From the NCBI GenBank assembly GCA_965215505.1, contig OZ244065.1:5856001-5920000 (forward strand): 64,000 nucleotides of DNA, in the 5' to 3' direction. The position numbers and the translations under genes were made by a program. Source of the DNA: Capsulimonadaceae bacterium (GTDB lineage: Bacteria > Armatimonadota > Armatimonadia > Armatimonadales > Capsulimonadaceae). Shown in pieces: positions 38,213 to 47,604 of the stretch (position 1 is the stretch's first letter; every line of letters begins with the position of its first letter). The notes under the pieces were generated by a model that worked only from the letters and a program-made list of their open reading frames with translations, ran no database searches and was not told the DNA's origin.

Positions 38213-39043
38213 CTAAGGCACGGACACGGAAGAAATAGCCTGGATGGACCGCACATCGGCGGCGCTGATGCTCCGGCGACCGGCCAGCGTCTCCACGGTG
38301 TAGTTCCGGCCGTCGAAGGACGCCAGCGCGCCCACCACCTGCGTCTTGTCTTTCAGCGTGAAGAGCTGTGTGGGGGGTGATGTGGGGGGAGGGGCCGGTG
38401 CCAGAGGCGTGTCGGCAACGACCTTCGCGTCGTACTGCTGGCCCCGCGCCGCCGTCACGTCCTCGCCGCCCGCCAATACGCGCCCGAGGTCGGCGCTGAC
38501 ATCGCCCGAAACGCCCGCCTGCTGGTAGTACCCGCCGGGATATTCGCCGCCATACCCGTAAGGTGAATACGGTGGGTAGGAGTAGCCGCGCGCTCCCGTG
38601 CTGATCGATGCCCCGATCTCGCCCGTTGACCCGCTGATCGTCCTGATGGTCCCAGGGGAGACCGCGAGCGTGAGGGGGACGAGCGCCCCGTCATCGGTGC
38701 GCGCGTAGTCGCAGGTGAATGTCAGCTTGCCCGCCCGGCCCAGCGCGCCGTGCCCGGCGGACTCGGTGACGTGCCCGCGCGCCAGAGCGCCTTTCCCCAG
38801 GAGCAGCGTGTGGCCCGGCCCGTAGACGTTCTGGTCCACCGTGAAGAGGACCGGCTCCCCGGTCTTGTCCCGGCCCGAGCGCAGATCCATTTCCAGGCGC
38901 AGCCGAATCGGTGTGCCTTTGGTGAGGATAGCCTGGGACGGGACTGTCTGTTGGCCGACGGGCGTCGCCGGGGCGGCGTGCAGCACAGTGGCGCTTGCCG
39001 CTGTGCTGAGCGCGGCGCGGAGAACGATGACGTGAGGACGCAT
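38213..39043 (-). CDS. Secreted hypothetical protein (beta-rich domain weakly reminiscent of TrbI/VirB10-like folds)
   Basis: AAGGAG RBS, signal-like N-terminus, KGTPIRLRL...GEPVLFTV...GALARGHV...GRAGKL pattern. Confidence 0.65.
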   Translation of the reverse strand: MRPHVIVLRAALSTAASATVLHAAPATPVGQQTVPSQAILTKGTPIRLRLEMDLRSGRDKTGEPVLFTVDQNVYGPGHTLLLGKGALARGHVTESAGHGALGRAGKLTFTCDYARTDDGALVPLTLAVSPGTIRTISGSTGEIGASISTGARGYSYPPYSPYGYGGEYPGGYYQQAGVSGDVSADLGRVLAGGEDVTAARGQQYDAKVVADTPLAPAPPPTSPPTQLFTLKDKTQVVGALASFDGRNYTVETLAGRRSISAADVRSIQAISSVSVP

Positions 39044-39146
39044 GGCCTTCTCCTTCTGACGGACCTGGTCTCGCCGCGGGGGCGGCGGAGTGCGCGAACA
39101 TCTTCCCACAGTATACCCGCCTGCACAAGAGACGAACAGGACGAGC

Positions 39147-40340
39147 TTACGGGCTGGCGACCCCCACCGTCACCACCTCGGCCACTCCGCCGCTGTCGCG
39201 GGCGATCTGCTGCAACAGGTGCGCCGCCTCGAAACTGTCGTCTGTGCCGTCCGGGTTCTTGCCGACCATGCCGACGGCGGAGATGCGGGCGTGGCCCGAG
39301 TTGAGCCGACGGATCTCGCGGGCGAGCGCCCCGAAGTCCGTCTCGCCCTCGGTCGGGACGCCGTCGGTCAGCAGTACGATCTCGTTGACATGGGGCCGGG
39401 TCAGGGCGCGGAGCATGGCCGCCTCCAGGTTCGTCCCGCCGTCCACCTGGAGCGTGTCGAGGTAGTCCGAAGCCTTCTGCACCATTTCGGGCGTCGCGGG
39501 TGCCATGCCGACGTCGAACGAGCGGACCTCGCTGCTGAAGGCGATGATGTTGAAAGTCTCGCCGGGCCGCAGGCCGTGAAGGGCCAGCCGCAGCTCCATG
39601 TCGGCCCGGTCAATGCGGCTGGTCATGCTGCCCGAGATGTCCAACACATAAACCACATGGCGCGGGGCGCCGTCGCCCGCCATGCCCCTGCCGAGGCCGA
39701 ACGGCTCCCCGGCGTCGCGGCCCCCCCCGGCCCCCGCCCCGCCCCCCTTGCCGGTTCCGACGCCCGCGCCTGCGCCCCGGCCAGCCGACGCGCCGCCCGC
39801 GCCGCTGCCGGTCACGGCGGCGGGCGGCGCGACCGGGGCCGTCGGCGGGGTGGGGGAGGGCGCGCTGACGGCGACTGGCGCGAGGGCGGGCATGGGGGGC
39901 GCGATGACGTTGTGGACGACGAACGGTGCGGCCCGCCGGGTCGTCGCCACGGCCGGGGCGGGCGCGGCAGGCGGCGCGGCCATCGCGGGTGCCGGGGCAC
40001 CCGCCTCCTGCCCCCCCGAGGGCGCGGCGGGCGGCGCGGGCTGGGCCGAATGGACGCGCGCGCCGGGCCGCCGGGGCGCCTTCGGGCGGGGCAGCTTGAC
40101 CGGGCGCGGCCTGGCGACGGTGGGTTTCACCGGCTGCGGCGGGGGCGGGACGACGGGGACGATGACCGGCGGGGGCGGCGCGGGGTGCCACGCCAGCCGC
40201 ACCATCCGGAGCCGGGGGAACACCGCCGCGAGCGGGGCGGACGGCGACCGCCAGACCCAGCCCATCAGGACGAACGCGGCGGCGTTCACCAGGAGCGAGG
40301 CCAGGAAGCAGAAACTCAAGCGGCGCATCTCGGACGTCAC
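39147..40340 (-). CDS. Membrane-anchored Pro-rich VWA domain protein (paralogue of 36862-38124)
   Basis: TM, Pro-rich stalk, MIDAS DISGS...GGT...LTDG; the VWA domains are highly similar. Confidence 0.85.
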   Translation of the reverse strand: MTSEMRRLSFCFLASLLVNAAAFVLMGWVWRSPSAPLAAVFPRLRMVRLAWHPAPPPPVIVPVVPPPPQPVKPTVARPRPVKLPRPKAPRRPGARVHSAQPAPPAAPSGGQEAGAPAPAMAAPPAAPAPAVATTRRAAPFVVHNVIAPPMPALAPVAVSAPSPTPPTAPVAPPAAVTGSGAGGASAGRGAGAGVGTGKGGGAGAGGGRDAGEPFGLGRGMAGDGAPRHVVYVLDISGSMTSRIDRADMELRLALHGLRPGETFNIIAFSSEVRSFDVGMAPATPEMVQKASDYLDTLQVDGGTNLEAAMLRALTRPHVNEIVLLTDGVPTEGETDFGALAREIRRLNSGHARISAVGMVGKNPDGTDDSFEAAHLLQQIARDSGGVAEVVTVGVASP

Positions 40341-40418
40341 GAATTAAACCCTCCCTTCTTTGGACGCAAGGCCGGGGCCGGGAGTTCCCGACGCGCGGCG
40401 ACTTCCCCGCGATTTTGC

Positions 40419-40447
40419 TTGACTCCGTGGGGGCCAGCGGTTATAAT
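40419..40447 (+). promoter_or_regulatory. sigma70 promoter TTGACT-N17-TATAAT
   Basis: Near-consensus, upstream of glmU. Confidence 0.8.
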
Positions 40448-40490
40448 AGGCCGTCACCGACGCCCCGGCGCGTCCGCAGGAGTACCCGTC

Positions 40491-41900
40491 ATGCCCGATC
40501 CATCGTCGCCCCAGGCCGGCCGAGTCGCCGCGCTGATTCTGGCCGCCGGCAAGAGTACGCGCATGAAATCGCGGCGGCCCAAGGCCCTCCACGCCCTGCT
40601 CGGCCAGCCCCTCCTGCGCTGGGCTGTGGACGCCGCCCGAGGCGCGGGCGCGGCCCGGACGGTCCTCGTGGTCGGGCACCAGGCCGAGATGGTCCGCGAG
40701 GCGATGGGGCCTGACCTGGAGTACGTCCTCCAGGCCGAGCAGAAGGGCACCGGCCACGCCGTCCAGATGGCCGAGGTTCTGCTGCGGGACTGGGACGGCC
40801 CCCTGCTCGTCCTGCCGGGTGACGCCCCCCTGCTGTCCGACTCGCTCTTAGAAGCCCTGCTGGCCCACCACACTCGTTCCGGCGCGGCGGCGACCCTGCT
40901 GACGGCGGTTTTGGATGACGCCGGTTCCTATGGCCGCATCGTCCGCGACGGCGAGACGGGCCGCGTCCAAGCCATCGTCGAGGCCCGCGACGCCTCCCCC
41001 GAACAGCTCCTCATCCGCGAGATCGGCACCTCCGTCTACGCCTTCGACCCCGCCGCCCTGTTCGACGCGCTAGGCCGGATCACCCCGCAGAACGCCCAGG
41101 GCGAATACTATCTGACCGACGCCGTGGCCCTGCTCGCCGGTCAGGGCCGCGTCGTCGAGGCGCTCGTCTCCCCCGACGCCGATGTCGTGCGCGGCGTCAA
41201 CACCCGCCCGGAACTCGGCGAGCTGCGCGCGCTGATGCAGGCCCGCATCCACCAGGCCCACGGCCTTGCCGGCGTCACCATCCTGGACCCCCTGACCACC
41301 CACATTGACGCGACGGTCAAGATCGGGCCGGACACTGTTGTTCACCCCTTCACCCTCCTGTCCGGCGTCACCGACATCGGCGAGGACTGCGAGATCGGGC
41401 CGGGTGCCCGTATCAGCGACTCCCGCCTGGGCAGCGGCGTCTCCGTCCGCGACTCGCACGTCACCGCCTCCGAGGTCGGCGACGGGTGCCGCATCGGCCC
41501 CTTCGCCAACCTCCGCCCCGGAACCGTCCTGGGCCGCAATGTCAAGATCGGCGACTTCGTGGAGACGAAGAACGCCACCCTGGGCGACGGCGTCTCGGCG
41601 GGCCACCTGACGTACCTCGGCGACGCCGAGGTCGGCCCGCGCACCAACATCGGGGCCGGCACGATCACCTGCAACTACGACGGCATAGACAAGCACCGCA
41701 CCGTCATCGGCGCGGACGCCTTCGTCGGCACCCACTCCACCCTCGTCGCCCCAGTCACCCTGGGCGAAGGGGCCTGGACCGCCGCCGGCTCGGCCATCAC
41801 CGAGAACGTCCCCGCCGGTGCGCTCGGCATCGGGCGTGCCCGGCAGGTGAACAAAGAGGGCTGGGCGCGGGCCAAGAAGCGGCGCAAGAGCGGCGAGTAG
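40491..41900 (+). CDS. glmU: Bifunctional UDP-N-acetylglucosamine pyrophosphorylase/glucosamine-1-phosphate N-acetyltransferase
   Basis: LAAGKSTRMKS, GTGHAV, NAQGEYYLTD, HLTYLGD, GAGTITCNYDG. Confidence 0.97.
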   Translation: MPDPSSPQAGRVAALILAAGKSTRMKSRRPKALHALLGQPLLRWAVDAARGAGAARTVLVVGHQAEMVREAMGPDLEYVLQAEQKGTGHAVQMAEVLLRDWDGPLLVLPGDAPLLSDSLLEALLAHHTRSGAAATLLTAVLDDAGSYGRIVRDGETGRVQAIVEARDASPEQLLIREIGTSVYAFDPAALFDALGRITPQNAQGEYYLTDAVALLAGQGRVVEALVSPDADVVRGVNTRPELGELRALMQARIHQAHGLAGVTILDPLTTHIDATVKIGPDTVVHPFTLLSGVTDIGEDCEIGPGARISDSRLGSGVSVRDSHVTASEVGDGCRIGPFANLRPGTVLGRNVKIGDFVETKNATLGDGVSAGHLTYLGDAEVGPRTNIGAGTITCNYDGIDKHRTVIGADAFVGTHSTLVAPVTLGEGAWTAAGSAITENVPAGALGIGRARQVNKEGWARAKKRRKSGE

Positions 41901-41906
41901 AGCTTC

Positions 41907-42254
41907 ATGTCCATCCACAAAGACGATAAGTTTATCGAGTTTATCGAATGCGTTTGTTTGCGGCCGACGATGTTCGTGAGGTCCGGTAGCTTTGAGGAGG
42001 TCGCCACCTTTCTGGATGGCTATACCCATGGCGTGACCCAATTCGCTCCTGCTGATGTCAGGGCCGACTGCCTCTATGCATTCGGGTACTGGCTCTCCGA
42101 CAAGTGCGAGGGCTTGAAGGGAGTCCCGCGCAGTCTAGCATGGTTTGGGAAAATACGCCACCTGTTCCCAGACGATCAGGAAGCATTGCAGGCAATGGCG
42201 CGGCTGTATCGGGAGTTCTTGGACGATCCGGGGCGGGTGAAGAGAACCACATGA
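41907..42254 (+). CDS. Hypothetical protein (lower GC)
   Basis: 115-aa ORF starting 6 nt after the glmU stop. Confidence 0.65.
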   Translation: MSIHKDDKFIEFIECVCLRPTMFVRSGSFEEVATFLDGYTHGVTQFAPADVRADCLYAFGYWLSDKCEGLKGVPRSLAWFGKIRHLFPDDQEALQAMARLYREFLDDPGRVKRTT

Positions 42255-42496
42255 TCACCTCTAAAGCCCGTCAGGAAGTGACTGATTTCCTCGCGGCGAG
42301 CCGAAACCCAGACGAGATCATAGAGTTTCGCCTTTCCGAGGAAGCGCGGGCGCGTGCCTATGACCTCCTCGCACGGGAAAAAGGCAACGGCCTGAGCGCG
42401 GAAGAGGCGACAGAGCTTGACGATTACATGCGGCTGGAACACCTAATGCGCCTCACCAAAGCAAGCGCTAGGGCCGAGAACCAGCGCAAGCCATGA
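42251..42496 (+). CDS. Small hypothetical protein (antitoxin-like)
   Basis: ATGA-coupled at both ends; EIIEFRLSEE...GLSAEEATELDDY. Confidence 0.65.
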   Translation: MITSKARQEVTDFLAASRNPDEIIEFRLSEEARARAYDLLAREKGNGLSAEEATELDDYMRLEHLMRLTKASARAENQRKP

Positions 42497-43263
42497 GCAA
42501 CCTGTACGCCGACCCGGCAGCCGCCAGCCGCTACAACGCCGCCCGGCATCTGCCCGAGGAGACGAAGGCGTTCTGGATGGACAGCCTCAAGGCGGTTCTG
42601 CCTGAAGTCCCTGTCGGGCGGTGTCTGGACTTGGGCTGTGGGACGGGCCGGTTCACGGCGGTGTTGGCACAGACTTTCGCCTGCCCGGTCGTCGGCGTGG
42701 AGCCTTCGGTAGCGATGCTTGCCGTCGCGCGGGCGGAGGCCATCCCCGAGGTGGAGTGGAAGCAGGGGAGCGCCGAGGACATCCCTTTGGAGAGCGGGTC
42801 GGTCCGGCTGGTCTTCATGTCACAGGTGTTCCATCACCTGAACAAGCCGCAGGAGGCTTTGCGGGAGATCCACCGCGTTCTGACGCCCGGAGGCAGCCTG
42901 ATCATCCGTAACGGGACGGCGGAGAACAATGAGGAAACGGAGTGGCTCCAGTGCTTCCCCAAGGCCCTGGCCTTCGACGCCCGGCGCATCCCAACGCGGG
43001 ATGCCCTGGAAGAGACGGTCTGCCGCCGACCGTTCGAGCTCGTCACCCGGCAGACCTTCCGGCAGTTGTTCGCGGCTTCGTACCGGGACTATTACGCAAA
43101 GGTCGGCCAGCGCGGTCTATCTTCGCTCATTGCCATCAGCGACGAGGCTTTTGCGCGCGGTATGGAGCGCTTCAAGGTGTGGGCGGATGAGCAGCCGCCC
43201 GACGAACCGGTCTATGAGCCGGTGGACGTGTTCGTTTTCCGCAGGCACGGGAGCGCGGCCTGA
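42493..43263 (+). CDS. Class I SAM-dependent methyltransferase
   Basis: LDLGCGTGRF, VGVEPS, SAEDIPL, EIHRVLTPGG. Confidence 0.9.
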   Translation: MSNLYADPAAASRYNAARHLPEETKAFWMDSLKAVLPEVPVGRCLDLGCGTGRFTAVLAQTFACPVVGVEPSVAMLAVARAEAIPEVEWKQGSAEDIPLESGSVRLVFMSQVFHHLNKPQEALREIHRVLTPGGSLIIRNGTAENNEETEWLQCFPKALAFDARRIPTRDALEETVCRRPFELVTRQTFRQLFAASYRDYYAKVGQRGLSSLIAISDEAFARGMERFKVWADEQPPDEPVYEPVDVFVFRRHGSAA

Positions 43264-43290
43264 CGTCATGGCCTGTAGAGACGAGACAGG

Positions 43291-43373
43291 AGGGGCGGGG
43301 ACCAAGCCCCGCCCCTACGCGGCCCCGCCATGCCGGTTGCCGTGACCGTAGGGGTAGGGCTTGTCCCTACCCT
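43291..43373. repeat. REPIN-like pair of GTAG REP palindromes
   Basis: aggggcggggaccaagccccgcccctac ... gtaggggtagggcttgtccctaccct. Confidence 0.75.
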
Positions 43374-43515
43374 CCGTTCCATGATACATCTTCTGTCCCC
43401 TGGACAGGTCTTGCGTCAGCGAGTGAATTCAGTCACTCGTTCCTAACTCACCACCAAAGCCGCCGATTGAGCGGCGATCGTCAGTATCAGACGCTACTCG
43501 GGGAGATCACACCAC

Positions 43516-44484
43516 ATGGGAGCGGACGAAGACACCCTGCGCCTCTTCAGCGGCAACGCCAACCCGGCCCTGGCCGAGAAGATCGCCTACCACCTGGGCC
43601 GGTCGCTCGGCAAGATACACTGCACGCGCTTCGCCGACGGCGAGATCCGCGTCAAGATCGAGGAGAGCGTGCGCGGCATGGACGTGTTCATCGTCCAGCC
43701 GACCTGCGCGCCGGTCAATGACACCCTGATGGAGCTGCTGATCATGGTGGACGCCTTCCGGCGGGCGTCCGCCAAGCGCATCACCCTGGTCATGCCCTAC
43801 TACGGGTACTCGCGGCAGGACAAGAAGATCAAGCCGCGCGAACCCGTCACCGCCCGGCTGGTCGCCGACATGATCACGGCGGCGGGCGCGCACCGCGTCC
43901 TGGCCGTGGACCTGCACGCGGGCCAGATCCAGGGCTTCTTCCAGCTCCCCCTGGACCATCTCTACGCCGGACCGCTGCTGGCTGCTTACCTCGCGGAGAA
44001 GGGCCTGAGCGACGGCGACACGGTCGTCGTCTCGCCGGACGTCGGGGGCGTGGGCCGGGCGCGCGGCATGGCCGAGATGCTGCACGCGCCCATCGCCATC
44101 ATCGCCAAGCGCCGCCCCGAGCCGAACAAGGTGGAGATCATGGAGATCATCGGCGACGTGCGCGGCAAGACGTGCGTCATGGTGGACGACATGATCGACA
44201 CGGGCGGCAGCACCGTCCTGGGGGCCTGCGCCCTGATGGAGCGCGGGGCGCGGCGCGTCTTCGCCTGCTGCACCCACGCGATCCTGTCCGACGGGGCCGT
44301 AGGCCGGATCGAGGACTCGCCCATCGCCGAGCTGGTCATCACCGACACCATCCCGTTCGACGACGGAAAGGCGGCCCGCAGCAGCAAGACGACCGTGATC
44401 TCGGTTGCCCCATTGCTGGCGAGCGCCATCTCCCGAATCCACCACGACGACAGCGTGAGCGAATTGTTCGACGCCTACTATTAG
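43516..44484 (+). CDS. prs: Ribose-phosphate pyrophosphokinase
   Basis: FADGEI, PYYGYSRQDKK, DLHAGQIQGFF, VSPDVGG, VDDMIDTGGS. Confidence 0.98.
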   Translation: MGADEDTLRLFSGNANPALAEKIAYHLGRSLGKIHCTRFADGEIRVKIEESVRGMDVFIVQPTCAPVNDTLMELLIMVDAFRRASAKRITLVMPYYGYSRQDKKIKPREPVTARLVADMITAAGAHRVLAVDLHAGQIQGFFQLPLDHLYAGPLLAAYLAEKGLSDGDTVVVSPDVGGVGRARGMAEMLHAPIAIIAKRRPEPNKVEIMEIIGDVRGKTCVMVDDMIDTGGSTVLGACALMERGARRVFACCTHAILSDGAVGRIEDSPIAELVITDTIPFDDGKAARSSKTTVISVAPLLASAISRIHHDDSVSELFDAYY

Positions 44485-44503
44485 ACGCGATTGAAGGAAA
44501 GAC

Positions 44504-46501
44504 ATGGCCCTCGTCGAAAAAGCGCCGCCCACGACGGAGCCTGCGCGCGCCGGGCATCGGCCCGTCCGCTGGGCCTACGTCGCCGGCGTCGCCCTGCCGC
44601 TGATCGTGCTGAACTGCGGGTGGATCGCGAACTCGGAGATGAAAACGGGCGTCACCGAGCTGACCATCTCCACCCTCTTCCTGGGCGTCACCTTCCTGCT
44701 GTTCGTGCTGACGCTGCTGAACCTGCTGCTGGCACGCCTCGCCGGAGGACGGGCCGCCATGCGCCAGCCGGAGCTGATGGCGCTGTACTCGGTCCTCTCC
44801 ATGTCCAGCGTCGTGGCGGGCGTTGGGCACCTGGGCTTCTTCCTGCCGTTCCTCGCCAACCCCTTCTACTACCAGACCACCGCCAACGGCTGGTCGTCCT
44901 TCTGGCATCTGCTGCCCCCCTACATCGGCCCGCGCGACCCCGCCATCCTGCGCGGCTTCTTTCTGGGGCATTCGACCGCCTTTGAGCCGCACATCCTCGC
45001 GGCCTGGGCCTACCCCCTGGCCGTGTGGAGCGTCTTCTTCCTGGTCCTGCTCTGGACGACCCTTTGCCTCGCCGCCATCCTGCGCCGCCGCTGGGAGGAC
45101 GAGGAACACCTGCCGTTCCCCGTCCTCGCCCTGCCGCTGGAGATGACCCGCGAGGGCGCACCCCTGTACCGCCAGCCCCTGCTCTGGGGCGGCTTCGCCA
45201 TCCCCGCCGTCCTGCACTCGCTCAACTCCCTGCAAAGCCTCTTCCCGACCCTGCCGACGATGCAGATCAACAGCGTCCACGACCTCATCCCCGACGCCGT
45301 CCTCCAGTACCCTCTGACGGGGGCCGGGACGCTGTTCTATCAGCTCCACCCGTCCGGCGTCGGCTTCGGGTTCCTGATCAATACCGATGTCTCCTTCTCG
45401 CTCTGGTTCTTCTACCTCGCCCGGAAGGCCCTGGACGTCTGGGCCACGGCCCAGAACTGGCGCGACCCGGCGACGGGCTGGTATGTGGACAGCAACGGCC
45501 AGTTCCCGTATTTCAGCTACCAGGGATGGGGGGCCTGGCTGGCCCTGAGCCTCGCCACCCTGTGGGCCGGACGTTCCTACTTCCGCGCCTACTTCGCCCG
45601 CGCCTTCCGTGGCGACAAAAGGGGTGTAGACAGGGATGAGCCGATGAGCGCGCGTCTGGCAGTCTTCGGCTTCCTCGCTGGTTTCCTGGCCCTGAGCGCC
45701 TTCGTTTGGTCGTCCGGCGGGTCGTGGTGGCTGCCGGTCGTGTTCCTGGCGGTCTACCTGCTGCTCATCGTGACTCTCTCGCGCATCCGGGCCGAGACCG
45801 CCATGATTTCCAGCGAGCTGGTCTGGATCAACCCCCAGAGCATGATCACGGTGCTGACGGGTACGACCGCGCTGTCCCAGCCTGACCTAGCGCACATCGG
45901 CATGTTGTCCTGGTTCAACGGCGACTACCGGGCGGCGGCGATGCCGCACCAACTGGAAGCCTTCGTCGGGCTTCGGCGCGCGGGGGGCCGCCTCAGCCCG
46001 CTCGTCACGGCCCTGCTGCTGGCCGCCGCCGTCGCCATCGTCGCCGCCCTGCTGTGGGACCTCCAGCTCTACTACGTCAACGGCGCGGCGGGCGGCAACG
46101 TCAACTCCTGGCGCATCAGCAAAGGGTCGGAGCCGTGGGTGAACCTGCAAAACGCCCTGCAAAACCCGAAGGCGGCGAACGGGACCGCCCTGGGCGCGAT
46201 GGTCGGCGGCGCCCTGATCGTCTTCCTGCTGTCCGCCCTCCGCACCCGGTTCGTCGGCTTCCCGCTGCACCCCGCCGCCTACGCCCTGAACCTGAGCTTT
46301 GCCAACGACTTCTTCTGGGGCGATATGCTCCTCGCCTGGCTCATCAAGACGTGCGTCCTGCGCTACGGCGGCATCAAGCTGTACCGGCAGGCTTTGCCGT
46401 TCTTCCTGGGCCTCATTCTCGGTGACTACGTCACCGGCTCGGTCTGGAGCCTGATCGGGACGCTTTTCCACCTCAGCCTGTTCCGCACGTTCGCGACCTG
46501 A
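44504..46501 (+). CDS. Large multi-pass membrane protein (DUF6785/DUF6784, OPT-like transporter)
   Basis: Many TMs, RRRWEDEEHLPFP, RIRAETA, FPLHPAAY, LRYGGIKLYRQALPFFLGLILG. Confidence 0.7.
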   Translation: MALVEKAPPTTEPARAGHRPVRWAYVAGVALPLIVLNCGWIANSEMKTGVTELTISTLFLGVTFLLFVLTLLNLLLARLAGGRAAMRQPELMALYSVLSMSSVVAGVGHLGFFLPFLANPFYYQTTANGWSSFWHLLPPYIGPRDPAILRGFFLGHSTAFEPHILAAWAYPLAVWSVFFLVLLWTTLCLAAILRRRWEDEEHLPFPVLALPLEMTREGAPLYRQPLLWGGFAIPAVLHSLNSLQSLFPTLPTMQINSVHDLIPDAVLQYPLTGAGTLFYQLHPSGVGFGFLINTDVSFSLWFFYLARKALDVWATAQNWRDPATGWYVDSNGQFPYFSYQGWGAWLALSLATLWAGRSYFRAYFARAFRGDKRGVDRDEPMSARLAVFGFLAGFLALSAFVWSSGGSWWLPVVFLAVYLLLIVTLSRIRAETAMISSELVWINPQSMITVLTGTTALSQPDLAHIGMLSWFNGDYRAAAMPHQLEAFVGLRRAGGRLSPLVTALLLAAAVAIVAALLWDLQLYYVNGAAGGNVNSWRISKGSEPWVNLQNALQNPKAANGTALGAMVGGALIVFLLSALRTRFVGFPLHPAAYALNLSFANDFFWGDMLLAWLIKTCVLRYGGIKLYRQALPFFLGLILGDYVTGSVWSLIGTLFHLSLFRTFAT

Positions 46502-46536
46502 GCAGGATTCCTCCCGCCTGCGGCGAATAAGGGCGC

Positions 46537-47433
46537 ATGACACAACCAAACGACATCCGTATCGGCACACTCGTCAGCGGCAACGGGGCCGACCCCGCCG
46601 GGTACATCAAGCAGATCTTGCCGCACGGGTTTGAAAGCTTTCAGATCACCTTCTGGCAGACGACCGGCGGCGCGGACCTGCCCGACATGGCCGCCCGCGT
46701 CAAGGACACCCTCGGCGACCGGGCCGTCATCAGTTCGCTCGCCGTCTTCGGCAACCCCTTGGAAGGCGAGGAGCGTGACCTGGACAGCCTGCGGGCCTGG
46801 GAGAGCGCCATTGACAACGCCCACCTGTTCGGTGCCAACATCGTCGCCGGGTTCACGGGCCGCCTGCGCGGCAAGCCGCTCCCCGATTCGCTGCCCCGCT
46901 ACCGCGAGGTCTTCGGCCCACTCGCCCAGCGCGCTGCCGACAAGGGCGTCAAGATCGCGTTTGAAAACTGCGCGATGGGCGGCGACTGGCAGAGCGGCGA
47001 CTGGAACATCGCCCACTCCCCTGTCGCCTGGGAGGTGCTGTTTGACGCCCTGCCCGCCGAGAACGTCGGCCTGGAATGGGAGCCGTGCCACCAGCTCGTC
47101 GCCCTGATAGACCCGATGCCGCAGATCCCCAAGTATGCCTCCAAGATCTTCCACGTCCACGGCAAGGACGCGACCATCCATTGGGATGTCGTGAAGCGCG
47201 AGGGCGTCATCGGCCCGACGCCGTTCGCCTACCACCGAACGCCCGGCTTCGGCGACTCGGACTGGACCCAGGTCATCAGCGAGCTGCGCCGCAATGGCTA
47301 CACCGGCTCGATTGACATTGAGGGCTGGCACGATCCCGTCTACAGAGGCGACCTGGAGATGACCGGCCAGGTCCACGGCTTGAACTACCTGAAGCGCTGC
47401 CGGACCGAGTTCGTCCAGAACCCGATGGGATAG
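46537..47433 (+). CDS. Sugar phosphate isomerase/epimerase (xylose isomerase-like TIM barrel)
   Basis: AFENC, LEWEPCH, HVHGKD, IDIEGWHD. Confidence 0.88.
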   Translation: MTQPNDIRIGTLVSGNGADPAGYIKQILPHGFESFQITFWQTTGGADLPDMAARVKDTLGDRAVISSLAVFGNPLEGEERDLDSLRAWESAIDNAHLFGANIVAGFTGRLRGKPLPDSLPRYREVFGPLAQRAADKGVKIAFENCAMGGDWQSGDWNIAHSPVAWEVLFDALPAENVGLEWEPCHQLVALIDPMPQIPKYASKIFHVHGKDATIHWDVVKREGVIGPTPFAYHRTPGFGDSDWTQVISELRRNGYTGSIDIEGWHDPVYRGDLEMTGQVHGLNYLKRCRTEFVQNPMG

Positions 47434-47443
47434 AAGCCCCTCG

Positions 47444-47542
47444 AGGGCGCACACGCAGGTGCGCCCCTACGCCGCGATGGTACCGTCTGGGTCAAAATGC
47501 GATGACCCGACGCCCGTAGGGGCGCACCTGCGCGTTCGCCCT
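47444..47542. repeat. REPIN: two inverted, near-identical GTAG REPs around an internal hairpin
   Basis: 47444-47470 and 47516-47542 are reverse complements with 2 mismatches. Confidence 0.85.
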
Positions 47543-47604
47543 CCTTATGGCGCGTTCGCCCTCCTTGATCCGTATGCGCCCTTCTGTGATTGCCAGGAAA
47601 CCCA

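Noticed and set aside
39090-41900. 936-aa ORF suggesting an extended GlmU
   Set aside because: The N-terminal half is antisense to the VWA gene; promoter and RBS define the start at 40491
41907-43263. Integron cassette array
   Set aside because: No attC-like sites between the ORFs, which overlap, and no integrase in the window
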